Source: Macrostomum lignano (lineage: Eukaryota). Taken from it: a stretch of 64,000 bases of DNA. Positions 1-12,268 of the stretch are shown piece by piece. Below the pieces are notes generated by a model, which was not told the origin of the DNA, searched no databases, and saw only the letters and a list, made by a program, of their open reading frames with translations. Numbering within the stretch: position 1 is the first letter of the stretch; every line of letters begins with the position of its first letter. Position numbers and translations under genes: made by a program. Where the stretch lies: NCBI GenBank assembly GCA_002269645.1, contig NIVC01002313.1:120753-184752 (forward strand), read 5' to 3'.

Positions 1-329
1 GGGGGTTGTCGGTCGATTCACACCCATCGGATCCCCTAAAGGCACAGAGTGTGCATACCGGACGATTAGAAAGTCAGGGCCGCGGTACACCCAGTATGAG
101 CGTGTGTACGAGTGCGTGACTGCGTACAGCAACGCGCCCGACTCTCTGGCCTTTTTCAAGCCCTTGAAGGCCGACCCCTCTCGAAAGTTCATTCGTCATT
201 GGCCGAATTCAGCCGTTGGTCGAGGGCTCGAGTTTTCAAATCGGGGGTAGCGGAGGTGGGGAACGGGACAAAATCCCCACATCATCCCGGAATCGCCACA
301 GCGTCTAGTGAGAGCTGCATGCCCAAGCC

Positions 330-1145
330 ATGAATCTACTGCTGCTTCTGGTTCACCTGCTGCTGTGCCAGCCTCAAATTGCACGCGTCGTCAACGCCCA
401 GCTGCAAAATGCGGACCGCACAGGCGGGGTGTCGGTCCGGCTGACTCTGCAGCAGCCGCCGGAGCGGCATCTGCCGAAGCCACAGCCACCGAAGCCGAGT
501 CAAAAAGAGCTGCGCCGCGGCAAGCTGACCAAGCTGCTGGGCAGCGGCGGCCAAGAGGACCTCCGGCTCGGCTGGCTGTCCGTCCGGCCGCGAGTTGCCA
601 ACCCTGGCGAGTTCGTCGAGCTTCAGCCGGAGCAGCAGACTCTGCTAAACAGGCAGCTGGCCGCCGTCAACGCCTCGCCGCCGTCCGTCCGCGGCTGGCT
701 GACGCGCCTGGCCGCCTGTCCGGGCCGGGCTAATTGGACGGATCTGGGTGATGCCGTCTGGCCGCGCTGGGCTCGCAGCGTCGAATGCGGCGGCGGTGCC
801 TCTTGCGGTTGGCCGCCCGGTCTGCTGCGCTGCGGCGCCCAGCGTCGACGGCGGCCGCGCCGGCTGCAGCTGCTGCGCTGGCGCTGCTCGAACAGCTTCA
901 AGCGCCAGCTACGGCGCCGACTGCGTCGACTGCGCAGGCGACGACGCCAACGACGGGACAAGAAGGCGCAGCAGAAGCGGAGGAATTCGGCAGAGCAAAG
1001 GAGGAAGAAGAAGAGCAGGCGGTGGAACAAGCGAATGCGGAGCATCGCCGAGCGGCTGTCCGTGGTGGCTGGCGAGTTCGAGTGCCGCTGGGCGCCGCAC
1101 GAAATTAGCGTGGTCAGCGAGGTCTGCGTGTGCGGCGGCCGCTAA
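330..1145 (+). CDS. nlg: Noggin-like secreted protein, 271 aa, intronless
   Basis: Hydrophobic signal peptide (MNLLLLLVHLLLC). The cystine-knot pattern CPxxxxWxDLGxxxWPRW...C...SC...C...LLRWRC...C.W......VVSEVCVC matches the Noggin domain. A 65-aa insertion lies between Cys5 and Cys6. GC-rich codons; AATAAA at 1221-1226. Confidence 0.9.
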   Translation: MNLLLLLVHLLLCQPQIARVVNAQLQNADRTGGVSVRLTLQQPPERHLPKPQPPKPSQKELRRGKLTKLLGSGGQEDLRLGWLSVRPRVANPGEFVELQPEQQTLLNRQLAAVNASPPSVRGWLTRLAACPGRANWTDLGDAVWPRWARSVECGGGASCGWPPGLLRCGAQRRRRPRRLQLLRWRCSNSFKRQLRRRLRRLRRRRRQRRDKKAQQKRRNSAEQRRKKKSRRWNKRMRSIAERLSVVAGEFECRWAPHEISVVSEVCVCGGR

Positions 1146-1249
1146 AAGGAAAACCGGCTGCTATTGGAAAACAGGTCTGCCGCCAGACTCAGAGAGCTCA
1201 CAAAGGGGTCTACAAATTGAAATAAAAATATGCATCACCACTCTACAGG

Positions 1250-1710
1250 ATTACGGGGCGCCGCTATAGGATTCGGGGCGCCACCATAGATGTAGGATAC
1301 GGGGCGCCACCAAAGGATACGGGGCGCCAATCTATAGGATAAAGAGCGCCATTCTATAGGATAAAGAGCGCCATTCTATATGATACAGGGCGCCACTCTG
1401 TAGATACGGTACGCCACTCTAAGATCCGGGGCGCAAATCTATAGGATACGGGGCGCCACTCTAGTGACTCTTATAGGATATGCGGCCGCCACTTTAAAGG
1501 ATGCGGGGCGCCACTCTAGAGGATACGGAGCGTTACTCTATAGGATGCGGGGTGCCACTCTATCGGATACGGGGCGCCGCTCTGTAGATATGGAGCGCCA
1601 CCCTGTAGATACGGGGCGCCACTCTGTAGATACGGGGCGCCACTCTGTAGATACGGAGCGCCACTCTATCAGATGCCAGGCGCTACTTTATGGTATAGGA
1701 GGGCGCCACA
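1250..1710. repeat. Degenerate ~22-bp minisatellite (CTCTATAGGATACGGGGCGCCA)
   Basis: About 20 imperfect copies read directly, starting just after the noggin-like poly(A) signal. Confidence 0.85.
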
Positions 1711-2219
1711 ATGTGACAAACTACACTATTCTGTACTATTTATACATTAAAATGAGCAAAACAAACATTCAGGCTGGTCATCACGATTTTACAGTGCAGA
1801 CAACAAACTGACGAGTTTATATCTGATTAGAAGAGATCCTGTCTCCTACTCTCCTATGCCAGCGGCGAAACCAAGACTCTGAGACATGAAATAATTTTTT
1901 TTGAAATACTGCGCTTACCAGCTACACTTTTTCTAAACACGCTTTTTCTCTGCCAGCTTTCATTAAGTATAGCTACCATGAACGCCGTTTTTAGTTCGCA
2001 TTCTTATGGATAGAAAGCCCGAGGCTGCATTTATTGGTCTCGAGGCAAGCGAAGCGTGTACTCTTAAAGACTTTTTACCATAGACTATGGAGTCCTAGTT
2101 CAGAATGATAGAATTAAACAACAACTAAAGAAGCAATCGTATTCTATATAATTCTACCAGAGACAAAGTTCCGCGGCTGAACCTCAGTTCATTCTTTTGT
2201 CTTACGGCCTTACACTACG

Positions 2220-2852
2220 GCCATTGCAATGGAGCTTTTGTCTATGGTAGCAAGGCTGGCACAGCGGCAATTAATTTGGTCCAAACGCTCGTGAGCCATT
2301 CGGCAAACTCCTATATCTCACAACCGTCTGCGGTCGTTGCGTACAATGTGGAATGTCAGCGTCTCTACCAACAACTTTCGGTCGCTTTTCCAGAGCTTTG
2401 CTGACAGCCGAAGTCTAATAACCAACTGGAACTGTTCCTTCAACTTCTGCTGCATTTTCTGCAACATCAACAAGAGTCGTCTCAATTGAAAATATAGCAG
2501 TTGGATCTGAGGCTCTCGAGCAACTTGCCTCGGCGATAGCCACCCTTTCATAGGCGACCACTGCTGCCAGTGGTTTCAACGCGCTGATGGTTGCTGTAAA
2601 CCTTCTTTCCTTTTACATTCAGCAACCTAGCAATGTCCTTTAGGTGTTCACCTCTGTCAAGTGCTTCGATCGCAAGCCGATGACATTCATTCGAGTTTGA
2701 CAGTCTAGCACATGGTCCACAACAGTGGGGCTGATCTCGCTCCACCACAGCAGTTGCAAATGAAGCTATGGACCAAATTGATGCTTGTTGGACCAAATTA
2801 AATGCCGCTGTGCCAGCCTTGCTACCATAGACAGAAGCTCCGTTGCATTGGC
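2220..2852 (-). mobile_element. Tc1/mariner-type internally deleted element with ~65-bp inverted repeats and an N-terminal HTH remnant
   Basis: 2220-2285 is the reverse complement of 2787-2852 with few mismatches. The minus strand gives RLAIEALDRGEHLKDIARLLNVKGKKVYSNHQRVETTGS, resembling the Tc1/Tc3 paired-type HTH, broken by a stop. No DDE domain. Confidence 0.6.
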
Positions 2853-3557
2853 AAACCTATATATTTTGGATTAAACTATATGCGCGTAAGCCCTATGGGC
2901 TGCAAAAAGCTATAATTGGTTTACTTGTACAACTCTCGAGCAACGATTAGAAAGTCGCTAGGGTGTCTAGAGTCAGCGGAATGGACAGAATTGCCTCAGC
3001 GCTGCATGGTTGCGGGTCAAGGTCGCTGAAGGCGTTGCCCCTCCTCCGAATGTCTGTTATTAAATGAATTCAACCTGTGAAGCAATCTGGCACAAAACAC
3101 CAGACATGAACCCCACCTGCTTCCACTTTAGTGTCCATTAACTCACTAGCTTGGTAAAATATCCTTTACAAAATATTTCAATCAGTCAGTATTTTTTTTC
3201 TCAGATTTTAATGTATTTTTTTCATTTACCTAATCTTTAGGCAATTTCGTTGTTAGAGTCATTTTTGTTTTTAATTAGCCAGCTTTCCTCATAAAACCTC
3301 TGTCGACTGCTTTCAACACAGCTATTTTCTCAACCAAAAATATCAATAATTCACAAAAACTGTCACATGCAGAATTTGGAAAATTATAGTTTCGCTTCTA
3401 AGTATTGTGCAAACCAGCTTTGCTTGAAAAACTGTTTTTTAACATCTGCAATCTTTATTAGCGAATATAATTATACTTATTTCGTTTCTGTACACTTCAT
3501 CTTCGAATGAAAGGACTGCATCGTTATCGAAATTTATTAACTTTCATGACACGTACG

Positions 3558-4410
3558 TCCTACCTGTTAGACACGGATGTTCTACCTGTTAGATACGGAT
3601 GTCCTACCTGTTAGACACAGATGTCCTACCTGTTAGACACGGATGTCCTACCTGTTAGATACGGATGTCCTACCTGTTAGACACAGATGTCCTACCTGTT
3701 AGACACGGATGTCCTACCTGTTAGATACGGATCCCCTGTTAGACACGGATGTTCTACCTGTTAGATACGGATGTCCTACCTCTTCCACACTGATATCCTA
3801 CATGTGTACCTGTTAGACACGGATGTCCTACCTGTTAGACACGGATGTCCTACCTGTTAGATACGGATCCCCTGTTAGACACGGATGTTCTACCTGTTAG
3901 ATACGGATGTCCTACCTGTTCCACACTGATGTCCTACATGTGTACCTGTTAGACACGGATGTCCTACCTGTTAGATACGGATGTCCTACCTACTGTTAGA
4001 CACGAATGTCCTACCTGTTAGATACGGATCCCCTGTTAGACACGGATGTTCTACCTGTTAGATACGGATGTCCTACCTGTTAGATACGGATGTCCTACCT
4101 GTTCCACACTGATGTCCTACATGTGTACCTGTTAGACACGGATGTCCTACCTGTTAGACACGGATGTCCTACCTGTTAGACACGGATTTCCTACCTGTTA
4201 GACACGGATGTCCTACCTGTTAGATACGGATCCCCTGTTAGACACGGATGTTCTACCTGTTAGATACGGATGTCGTACCTGTTCCACACTGATGTCCTAC
4301 ATGTGTACCTGTTAGACACGGATGTCCTACCTGTTAGATACGGATCCCCTGTTAGACACAGATTTCCCACCCGCTAAATGTTCGACCGACCTGTTAAACA
4401 CGGATGTCCC
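3558..4410. repeat. 22-bp minisatellite (GTTAGACACGGATGTCCTACCT)
   Basis: Direct reading; 22-bp period with recurring variant units. Confidence 0.92.
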
Positions 4411-5772
4411 ACAGCCAGTTTTTGTTTATCGTCTAGCAGGCCATTTTTATTTGAATTCGTTTATCAATCAAGGAATCAAAATCTTTAAAATGGATTAAAA
4501 ATACGAGCTAGTTGCTTTGAATTTTTAGCTCATTTTCAAGTCACCAACAGCATTTGACGCAAGTCAGCATCGATTCCAATCCGCAACGCGAAGTTTGCTT
4601 TTTTGTTGCTGTTAAGACCCGCGCGAAGGCGTCATTGTTCGCCATAAATTTTCTTCTTTTACGCGCGGACACACGAGACTTGAAAACAATACGTGCCTCT
4701 CTCTGGGACCCGGCCGTTCCCCTGATAATTCATGTATTTCCTGTAGCTACTTTTGATAGTTTCGCAACAAAATGAACTGCCAAGCTAACAACTTCCAGAC
4801 GGCAGTTGGCAAAGTCTGCGTCACACCAGGGACGCATAGATTTCTCTGCTTGGAATTCTTCGTGTTACCCAGTCTTCGGGAAGCTAGCACCGCAAAGGAA
4901 TGATCCCTTTCGCGTAAGATGAACTGCCAGTGTGTGCAGTCTGTAGCTGCAACCGGGACTTGTGGCTTCAACAAGATACGGACAATTCAGCTTTGCCAAC
5001 AGCCGCAGCGAAGTGCGAGGCGGTTACAGGCGCAGGCGAGGCCTCAGAAATGCCTGCAACAGTCCTTTCAGGTAAATCAGATCCCGGTAGAAGCTTTACA
5101 ATTCTTTAGCGACAAGCGTCTTGCATTAGAGACTGCGGGTCTGTATGCTATGCAATCGCGCGATGCTGGGCGATCCGAGAAAAAGTAAGTTAACAAAAAT
5201 CTGTCGCCCACACACAGAGTTGGAAAACAGCTGCAAGTCCTAGGGCGACAACACGCCAATTCCAGGGACTTCTAGACTAGAATTAGTAGCAATGGACTGG
5301 AAGCCAGACCCGGCATACATAATAAAGCGGAAGCACCTTCACAAATCAGTTAATCCCGAGGAAATCTACGTCAAGAGTCCGTTTCAGGCAACATAGGAAA
5401 AAAGCCAATGATTCTTGGACGACTCTACGGAACCGTAAAACGATGAGATGTCACGGTACATGCACAAGTCGCATGTACAAGATTTTGGTGGCGTGTGATA
5501 GTAGCTGAGGCGTGTTAGAATCGCTGAATTGCGCCTGAAGCACATTGGCGTCGCTATATCAATTAGTCGCATAAATAGTCAGAGCGGCCTACTACAATCT
5601 TATTAGCCTACTTGAGTTAGTATAATAGTTTTGACACGACTCTTGATCAGCGTACGTGTTGATGACTCCACAGTCGAATCTGTCTCATTGGAGTCGTTAA
5701 AAGTCACACAAGAGTCGCTACAATCACTTGAGACTTGTTTGCAACGGCTTTTTTAGCGATCCTGGTCACGGT

Positions 5773-6054
5773 CTATCTATCTATCTATTTATCTATCTAT
5801 TTATCTATCTATCTATATATCTACTTATCTTCTAAGCAGGTAGTTCCTCTGGATAAAAGCGCTTACCGCGCCCATTGGCTTTCCAGCTGCCTTAATCGTT
5901 TCCGGTGATCTTGTGTGCGTGCTTTCAGCTTGATTGGCTGCGGCAAGCAAGCTAGAAAGAGCTCGCTTCGCTCGCTCTTTCTCGCTATCTACTATCTACT
6001 TATCTTCTACCTATCTACCTATCTATCTATCTACCTATCTACCTATCTATCTAC

Positions 6055-6097
<43 letters not shown>

Positions 6098-6255
6098 CTA
6101 TCTATCTATCTATCTACTTATCTTCTATCTATCATCTATCTACCTATCTACCTATCTATCTATCTATCCATCTATATATCTATTTATCTATCTATCTATC
6201 TATCTATCCATCTATATATCTATTTATCTATCTATCTGTCTATATATCTACCTAC
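5773..6255. repeat. (CTAT)n microsatellite in two blocks
   Basis: Blocks at about 5773-5830 and 5985-6255. Confidence 0.95.
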
Positions 6256-7000
6256 CAACCAGTCTACCCCGGGTTAAAGCTTATTTGCTTTCTATCAATG
6301 TACTGACTCTCACGGCTTGTGAACTAATACTACTGAGCTCGAATTGAAAAGACAAAAATAGGTACATGTAAGTACCACATTTTAAAAGTTTATAGTGTTA
6401 ACGCAATCCATACATCCATCAGCTAGTGCAATAAACAGCATGAAATTCGTATCATGTATATTACGACTATTTAGCATAAAATTGACTTGAATTTAAACAA
6501 AGATTTCTTTGACAGTAGTACAATACGAACTGAATAGATATAATGTGTAAATATCCCAACCAAAGTCCAAAAAACAGTGCGCAATAGACACTAAAAAAAT
6601 TTAAATTCATAAACCGATTGACCAAATTGTTTTTAAAACAATGAGCGCAAGCAAATATGAATACATACATGCGTATATACCGGTATAGATATTAGTATAG
6701 ATTAATAAACAAAATGAGAACGGTAAGCAGGATGGCAGCCATAAATACTATTAGCTGAATGCACCAACTCTATCAAAATTATTGTCATTTTCAAACCGAA
6801 ATAAATTTATCAACGAAATTAAACATGAACGGGCGGGTTCCAACACCAGAAGCGGGCATTACAGTAAAACAAAAATGCAAGGAAACTTCTACGGGACTAA
6901 AATTTATTCAGTTTCTTTCTGATCTAGATCATTCCTGCTAACTAGGTTTAACGATAATTAGAGAAAAATACTTGCAGTTCAAACACGGCAGATGTCAAGC

Positions 7001-7150
7001 AGCAACTGAGGATCTGGGAGGCTGGCCCAGCAACTGAGGATCTGGGAGGCTGGCCCAGCAACTGAGGATCTGGGAGGCTGGCCCAGAAACTGAGGATCTG
7101 GGAGACTGGCCCAGAAACTGAGGATCTGGGAGACTGGCCCAGCAACTGAA
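7001..7150. repeat. 28-bp minisatellite (GCAACTGAGGATCTGGGAGGCTGGCCCA)
   Basis: About 5 copies; shares its core with the 30-bp array at 7859-8335. Confidence 0.9.
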
Positions 7151-7858
7151 GCAAGCAACGCTGGCTGCACAGGTTACTATCAACTAACCCATATTATAAA
7201 GCACTAAGTTGAAGAGGTAAAATACGAGTAACATGGAATTACTATGATCCCGAAACATCTAAGCAAATAATGAATTGCAGCCTCACATGTACAAAAAATT
7301 TATTTCAGCCAGTCGAATTCTGAATGGCTCAAAAAAGCGTATTTTACTACTCGACAAGTAGCCGATAAGTAGTCACAATGGGATTTTAAAAATGAATATT
7401 CAAAGCAAAATAACGCAGAGCAAACAATATACAAGTTAGATGGAGAATGATATACACCTTTCTCAGCTATGTGAAAAGTAATTATATCTTTATTGAGTGC
7501 TTAAAGATGAATAAAATATCAGAAGAAAAGCTTTGGCTATTTGGTTAGATGATTAATTAGTCAGTTTAGGTCGCGACTGCTAACGATTTAATTCACCATG
7601 AATCAAAAACCACTTTTTTTCTAATCGATACGATTATCATTAAACACACGCACACACAAATAAACCTGATCGCTAGGCTAATATAAGCAAAATTGTATCA
7701 CGCAAGCAAAAAAAACCACCAATACAACAAGTTAGCAAGATAAAGAAGCAGATCTGAACACAAAATGAAAGGCTGTTAAAATTTAGCTTTTTGCTGTTTT
7801 TCTTATGACATCGATTTTTGACTAGCAACGGCTAGGCAGTGCCGCGGTTTAGCAAATA

Positions 7859-8335
7859 GGGATCTGGGAGGCTTGGCCTTAGCAACTGAGGATCTGGGAG
7901 ACTTGGTCTTAGCAACTGAGGATCTGGTAGACTTGGTCTTAGCAACTGAGGATCTGGGAGGCTTGGCCTTAGCAACTGAGGATCTGGTAGACTTGGTCTT
8001 AGCAACTGAGGATCTGGGAGGCTTGGCCTTAGCAACTGAGGATCTGGGAGACTTGGTCTTAGCAACTGAGGATCTGGGAGGCTTGGCCTTAGCAACTGAG
8101 GATCTGGGAGGCTTGGCCTTAGGAACTGAGGATCTGGGAGACTTGGCCTTAGCAACTGAGGATCTGGGAGACTTGGCCTTAGCAACTGAGGATCTGGGAG
8201 GCTTGGCCTTAGCAACTGAGGATCTGGAGACTTGGCCTTAGCAACTGAGGATCTGGGAGGCTTGGCCTTAGCAACTGAGGATCTGGAGACTTGGCCTTAG
8301 CAACTGAGGATCTGGGAGGCTGGCCAAGCTACTAA
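7859..8335. repeat. 30-bp minisatellite (AGCAACTGAGGATCTGGGAGGCTTGGCCTT)
   Basis: About 16 copies read directly. Confidence 0.93.
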
Positions 8336-8485
8336 GCAACTAGTTCGAAGGAGCTGATTAACGTACATCCTAGAAACAGGTGTGACAAAGCCCAGCCGCT
8401 GGAAGATGCGCAGCAGCAAAAAACGAGGTCAAAGCATTAAAGAAACCGAAGCGCTGAGCAGGACAGCAAGCGGTTAAAGCAGCCG

Positions 8486-9817
8486 TCACTCTTTCTTCTT
8501 GTCCTGCTGCCCGCCGCCTCTGCTGCCGCTGCCGCTGCCGCTGGTGCTGCTATCGGTGGATTCGGCGCCGCTGCCAACAAACCGATTCACCACCGGCAGC
8601 CGGCTGGCCACGGCGCCAGTTGCCGAGGCGCCAATCGAGGCGCCCCATTTCATGGCGCCCCAGCCGTAGGTGGCCGTGCTGGTGGCAGCGGAGGCGACGC
8701 CGCCGGCTAAGCGACCAACAAGGCCGGGCTCGGCGCTGGCGGAGTCGGCGGCCTCTGCTGATGCGGCTTCTGGAATGGAAGTAGTGGACAAGGTGTTAAA
8801 GCCTAGGACTACTAGACCACTGTTACGCAATTCAAGCACTACTACGAGAACTTCGCAAAGGACTTTAAGTACTTTTTTAATTCAGGGACTACTAAGGGAC
8901 TACTTCTCTGAGTGAGATTTAGCCAAGGACTACTAAGACATTTCTCTGAGTGAGATTTAGCCAAGGACTACTAAGACATTTCTCTGATTGAGATTTAGCC
9001 AAGGACTACTAAGACACTTCTCTGAGTGAGATTTAGCCAAGGACTACTAAGACATTTCTCTGATTGAGATTTAGCCAAGGACTACTAAGACACTTCTCTG
9101 AGTGAGATTTAGCCAAGGACTACTAAGACATTTCTCTGATTGAGATTTAGCCAAGGACTACTAAGACACTTCTCTGATTGAGATTTAGCCAAGGACTACT
9201 AAGACACTTCTCTGAGTGAGATTTAGCCAAGGACTACTAAGACATTTCTCTGATTGAGATTTAGCCAAGGACTACTAAGACACTTCTCTGATTGAGATTT
9301 AGCCAAGGACTACTAAGACACTTCTCTGAGTGAGATTTAGCCAAGGACTACTAAGACACTTCTCTGAGTGAGATTTAGCCAAGGACTACTAAGACACTTC
9401 TCTGAGTGAGATTTAGCCAAGGACTACTAAGACACTTCTCGGATTGAGATTTAGCCAAAGCCTACTGATACTTCTCGGATTGAGATTTAGCCAAGGACTA
9501 CTAAGACACTTCTCTGAGTGAGATTTGGCCAAGGACTACTAAGACACTTCTCGGATTGAGATTTAGCCAAAGGCTACTGATACTTCTCGGAGTGAGATTT
9601 GGCCAAGGACTAGTAAGACCCTTTCGGAGTGTCAGCCAAGGACTACTGAGAAACTCCTGGGAGAGAGTGCCAGTCAAAGACTACTAAATGTTATTAAATA
9701 GACAGACTTACCCGATTGATAAGAATTGGTGTCGTCGGCACCGTCACCAGAAGCTTTGCCGGACTTGTTAAACTGATAGTCGCTGCCCGAGTCCTTCTTA
9801 ATATGTCTGTGGTGCAT
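8486..9817 (-). CDS. Small 129-aa protein, tentatively TMEM263/UPF0444-like; coding exons 9817-9712 and 8769-8486
   Basis: The donor tcgg|GTAAGT (phase 1) at 9712/9711 joins the acceptor ttccattcCAG|aa (phase 1) at 8770/8769 in frame. Product: MHHRHIKKDSGSDYQFNKSG...EPGLVGRLAGGVASAATSTATYGWGAMKWGASIGASATGAVASRLPVV...QQDKKKE. The last exon is GC-rich. The family call rests on recalled similarity to TMEM263 (PGMLSRVTGG...AVVNKVP...KKKDKSD) and is uncertain. Confidence 0.65.
8885..9650. repeat. 38-bp intronic minisatellite (GAGATTTAGCCAAGGACTACTAAGACACTTCTCTGAGT)
   Basis: About 20 copies filling most of the 8770-9711 intron. Confidence 0.93.
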
Positions 9818-10031
9818 TTTATTGACTAAATAACTGATAGATTTGAAAAAGTGAGTCAGACGTTGAAATTTCACTGGCAAGCATGCATAAAATTTGAATA
9901 GAAAACACCGTTAATATAGACTAACAAATTTACAGGCTTATCTGTAGAACCTACGCTAGTTCAATTTTTGATGAAGTTTTATCTGTGCTAGAACTTAGAT
10001 AGCAGGATTATGTACATTTTTAAGGAGTAGG

Positions 10032-11780
10032 AAGTGTGTACATTGATAGTCAGAGGGGTAAGGGAGTGTGTACACTGCACTGATAGCCATAGGGGTAGAA
10101 AGTGTGTACATTGATAGTCAGAGGGGTAAGGGAGTGTGTACACTGCACTGATAGCCATAGGTGTAGAAAGTGTGTACATTGATAGTCAGAGGGGTAGGGG
10201 TGTGTACACTGCACTGATAGCCATAGGTGTAGAAAGTGTGTACATTGATAGTCAGAAGGGTAGGGGAGTGTGTACACTGCACTGATAGCCATAGGTGTAG
10301 AAAGTGTGTACATTGATAGTCAGAAGGGTAGGGGAGTGTGTACACTGCACTGATAGCCATAGGTGTAGAAAGTGTGTACATTGATAGTCAGAGGGGTAAG
10401 GGAGTGTGTACACTGCACTGATAGCCATAGGGGTAGAAAGTGTGTACATTGATAGTCAGAGGGGTAAGGGAGTGTGTACACTGCACTGATAGCCATAGGT
10501 GTAGAAAGTGTGTACATTGATAGTCAGAGGGGTAAGGGAGTGTGTACACTGCACTGATAGCCATAGGTGTAGAAAGTGTGTACATTGATAGTCAGAGGGG
10601 TAAGGGAGTGTGTACACTGCACTGATAGCCATAGGGGTAGAAAGTGTGTACATTGATAGTCAGAGGGGTAGGGGAGTGTGTACACTGCACTGATAGCCAT
10701 AGGTGTAGAAAGTGTGTACATTGATAGTCAGAGGGGTAAGGGAGTGTGTACACTGCACTGATAGCCATAGGTGTAGAAAGTGTGTACATTGATAGTCAGA
10801 GGGGTAAGGGAGTGTGTACACTGCACTGATAGCCATAGGGGTAGAAAGTGTGTACATTGATAGTCAGAGGGGTAGGGGAGTGTGTACACTGCACTGATAG
10901 CCATAGGGGTAGAAAGTGTGTACATTGATAGTCAGAGGGGTAAGGGAGTGTGTACACTGCACTGATAGCCATAGGGGTAGAAAGTGTGTACATTGATAGT
11001 CAGAGGGGTAAGGGAGTGTGTACACTGCACTGATAGCCATAGGTGTAGAAAGTGTGTACATTGATAGTCAGAGGGGTAAGGGAGTGTGTACACTGCACTG
11101 ATAGCCATAGGTGTAGAAAGTGTGTACATTGATAGTCAGAGGGGTAAGGGAGTGTGTACACTGCACTGATAGCCATAGGGGTAGAAAGTGTGTACATTGA
11201 TAGTCAGAGGGGTAGGGGAGTGTGTACACTGCACTGATAGCCATAGGTGTAGAAAGTGTGTACATTGATAGTCAGAGGGGTAAGGGAGTGTGTACACTGC
11301 ACTGATAGCCATAGGTGTAGAAAGTGTGTACATTGATAGTCAGAGGGGTAAGGGAGTGTGTACACTGCACTGATAGCCATAGGGGTAGAAAGTGTGTACA
11401 TTGATAGTCAGAGGGGTAGGGGAGTGTGTACACTGCACTGATAGCCATAGGTGTAGAAAGTGTGTACATTGATAGTCAGAGGGGTAAGGGAGTGTGTACA
11501 CTGCACTGATAGCCATAGGTGTAGAAAGTGTGTACATTGATAGTCAGAGGGGTAAGGGAGTGTGTACACTGCACTGATAGCCATAGGGGTAGAAAGTGTG
11601 TACATTGATAGTCAGAGGGGTAAGGGAGTGTGTACACTGCACTGATAGCCATAGGTGTAGAAAGTGTGTACATTGATAGTCAGAGGGGTAAGGGAGTGTG
11701 TACACTGCACTGATAGCCATAGGGGTAGAAAGTGTGTACATTGATAGTCAGAGGGGTAAGGGAGTGTGTACATTGATAGG
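10032..11780. repeat. 68-bp satellite, about 25 near-identical copies
   Basis: The ORF track recurs every 68 bp. The unit consists of two related TGTGTACA-containing halves. Confidence 0.97.
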
Positions 11781-12268
11781 AAAACAGCTAATAACATAAC
11801 TTTATTTAACTGCATTTGTCACCCAGAAATAAAAGACATACTCAGCTTTTTGATGAATGCTGACAGGTCAAATAGCTTGGCTGCTGCACAAGCAATCAGA
11901 TTTCGAAAGTTTTATTGATCAAGAAGCTGATATAATTGTTAAACGTAAGTTTTGCCGATGCCAAATGAATGATACTCACTATATTTATATATTTTAAAAA
12001 TACCAACTACAACCAAAAGTGTGGCTATGTAATCTTGCTGAAGAATGAATAATAAAAATAGGAGAAAAATTATATACGTAAAGTACAACAGACTTAAATA
12101 CTCGTAACTAAAGAAAAATCGTTTGGCGATAGAAACATTTTAGGACAAAAAGTTGTTTTTTTCATTTATGCGATTGGTCTGGCTGCTTTATAAGAACGTT
12201 AAGGGTTGATTCGGTAAAATATATTTATAAATAGACAAAGCACAAAGAAGTACGAGGCATTAACTTAC

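Noticed and set aside
308-1269. Overlapping alternative-frame and antisense ORFs around the noggin-like gene; likewise around 27184-27774, 39282-40235 and 43448-44185
   Set aside because: Shadow ORFs of GC-rich coding exons with no recognisable motifs.
4554-5340. Short ORFs or a possible TE fragment in moderately GC-rich DNA
   Set aside because: No motif, terminal repeat or splice-compatible structure could be identified.
9712-9833. Alternative coding 3' exon of DAP
   Set aside because: DAP exon 2 ends in phase 0, which would read TTA TTT AGT CAA TAA (stop); the DAP C-terminal motif is fully encoded by 12860-12717.
10032-11780. CRISPR-like regular array, or a family of about 25 small 65-aa genes
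   Set aside because: The units are contiguous and near-identical with no unique spacers and no cas genes; the ORFs simply reflect the 68-bp period.
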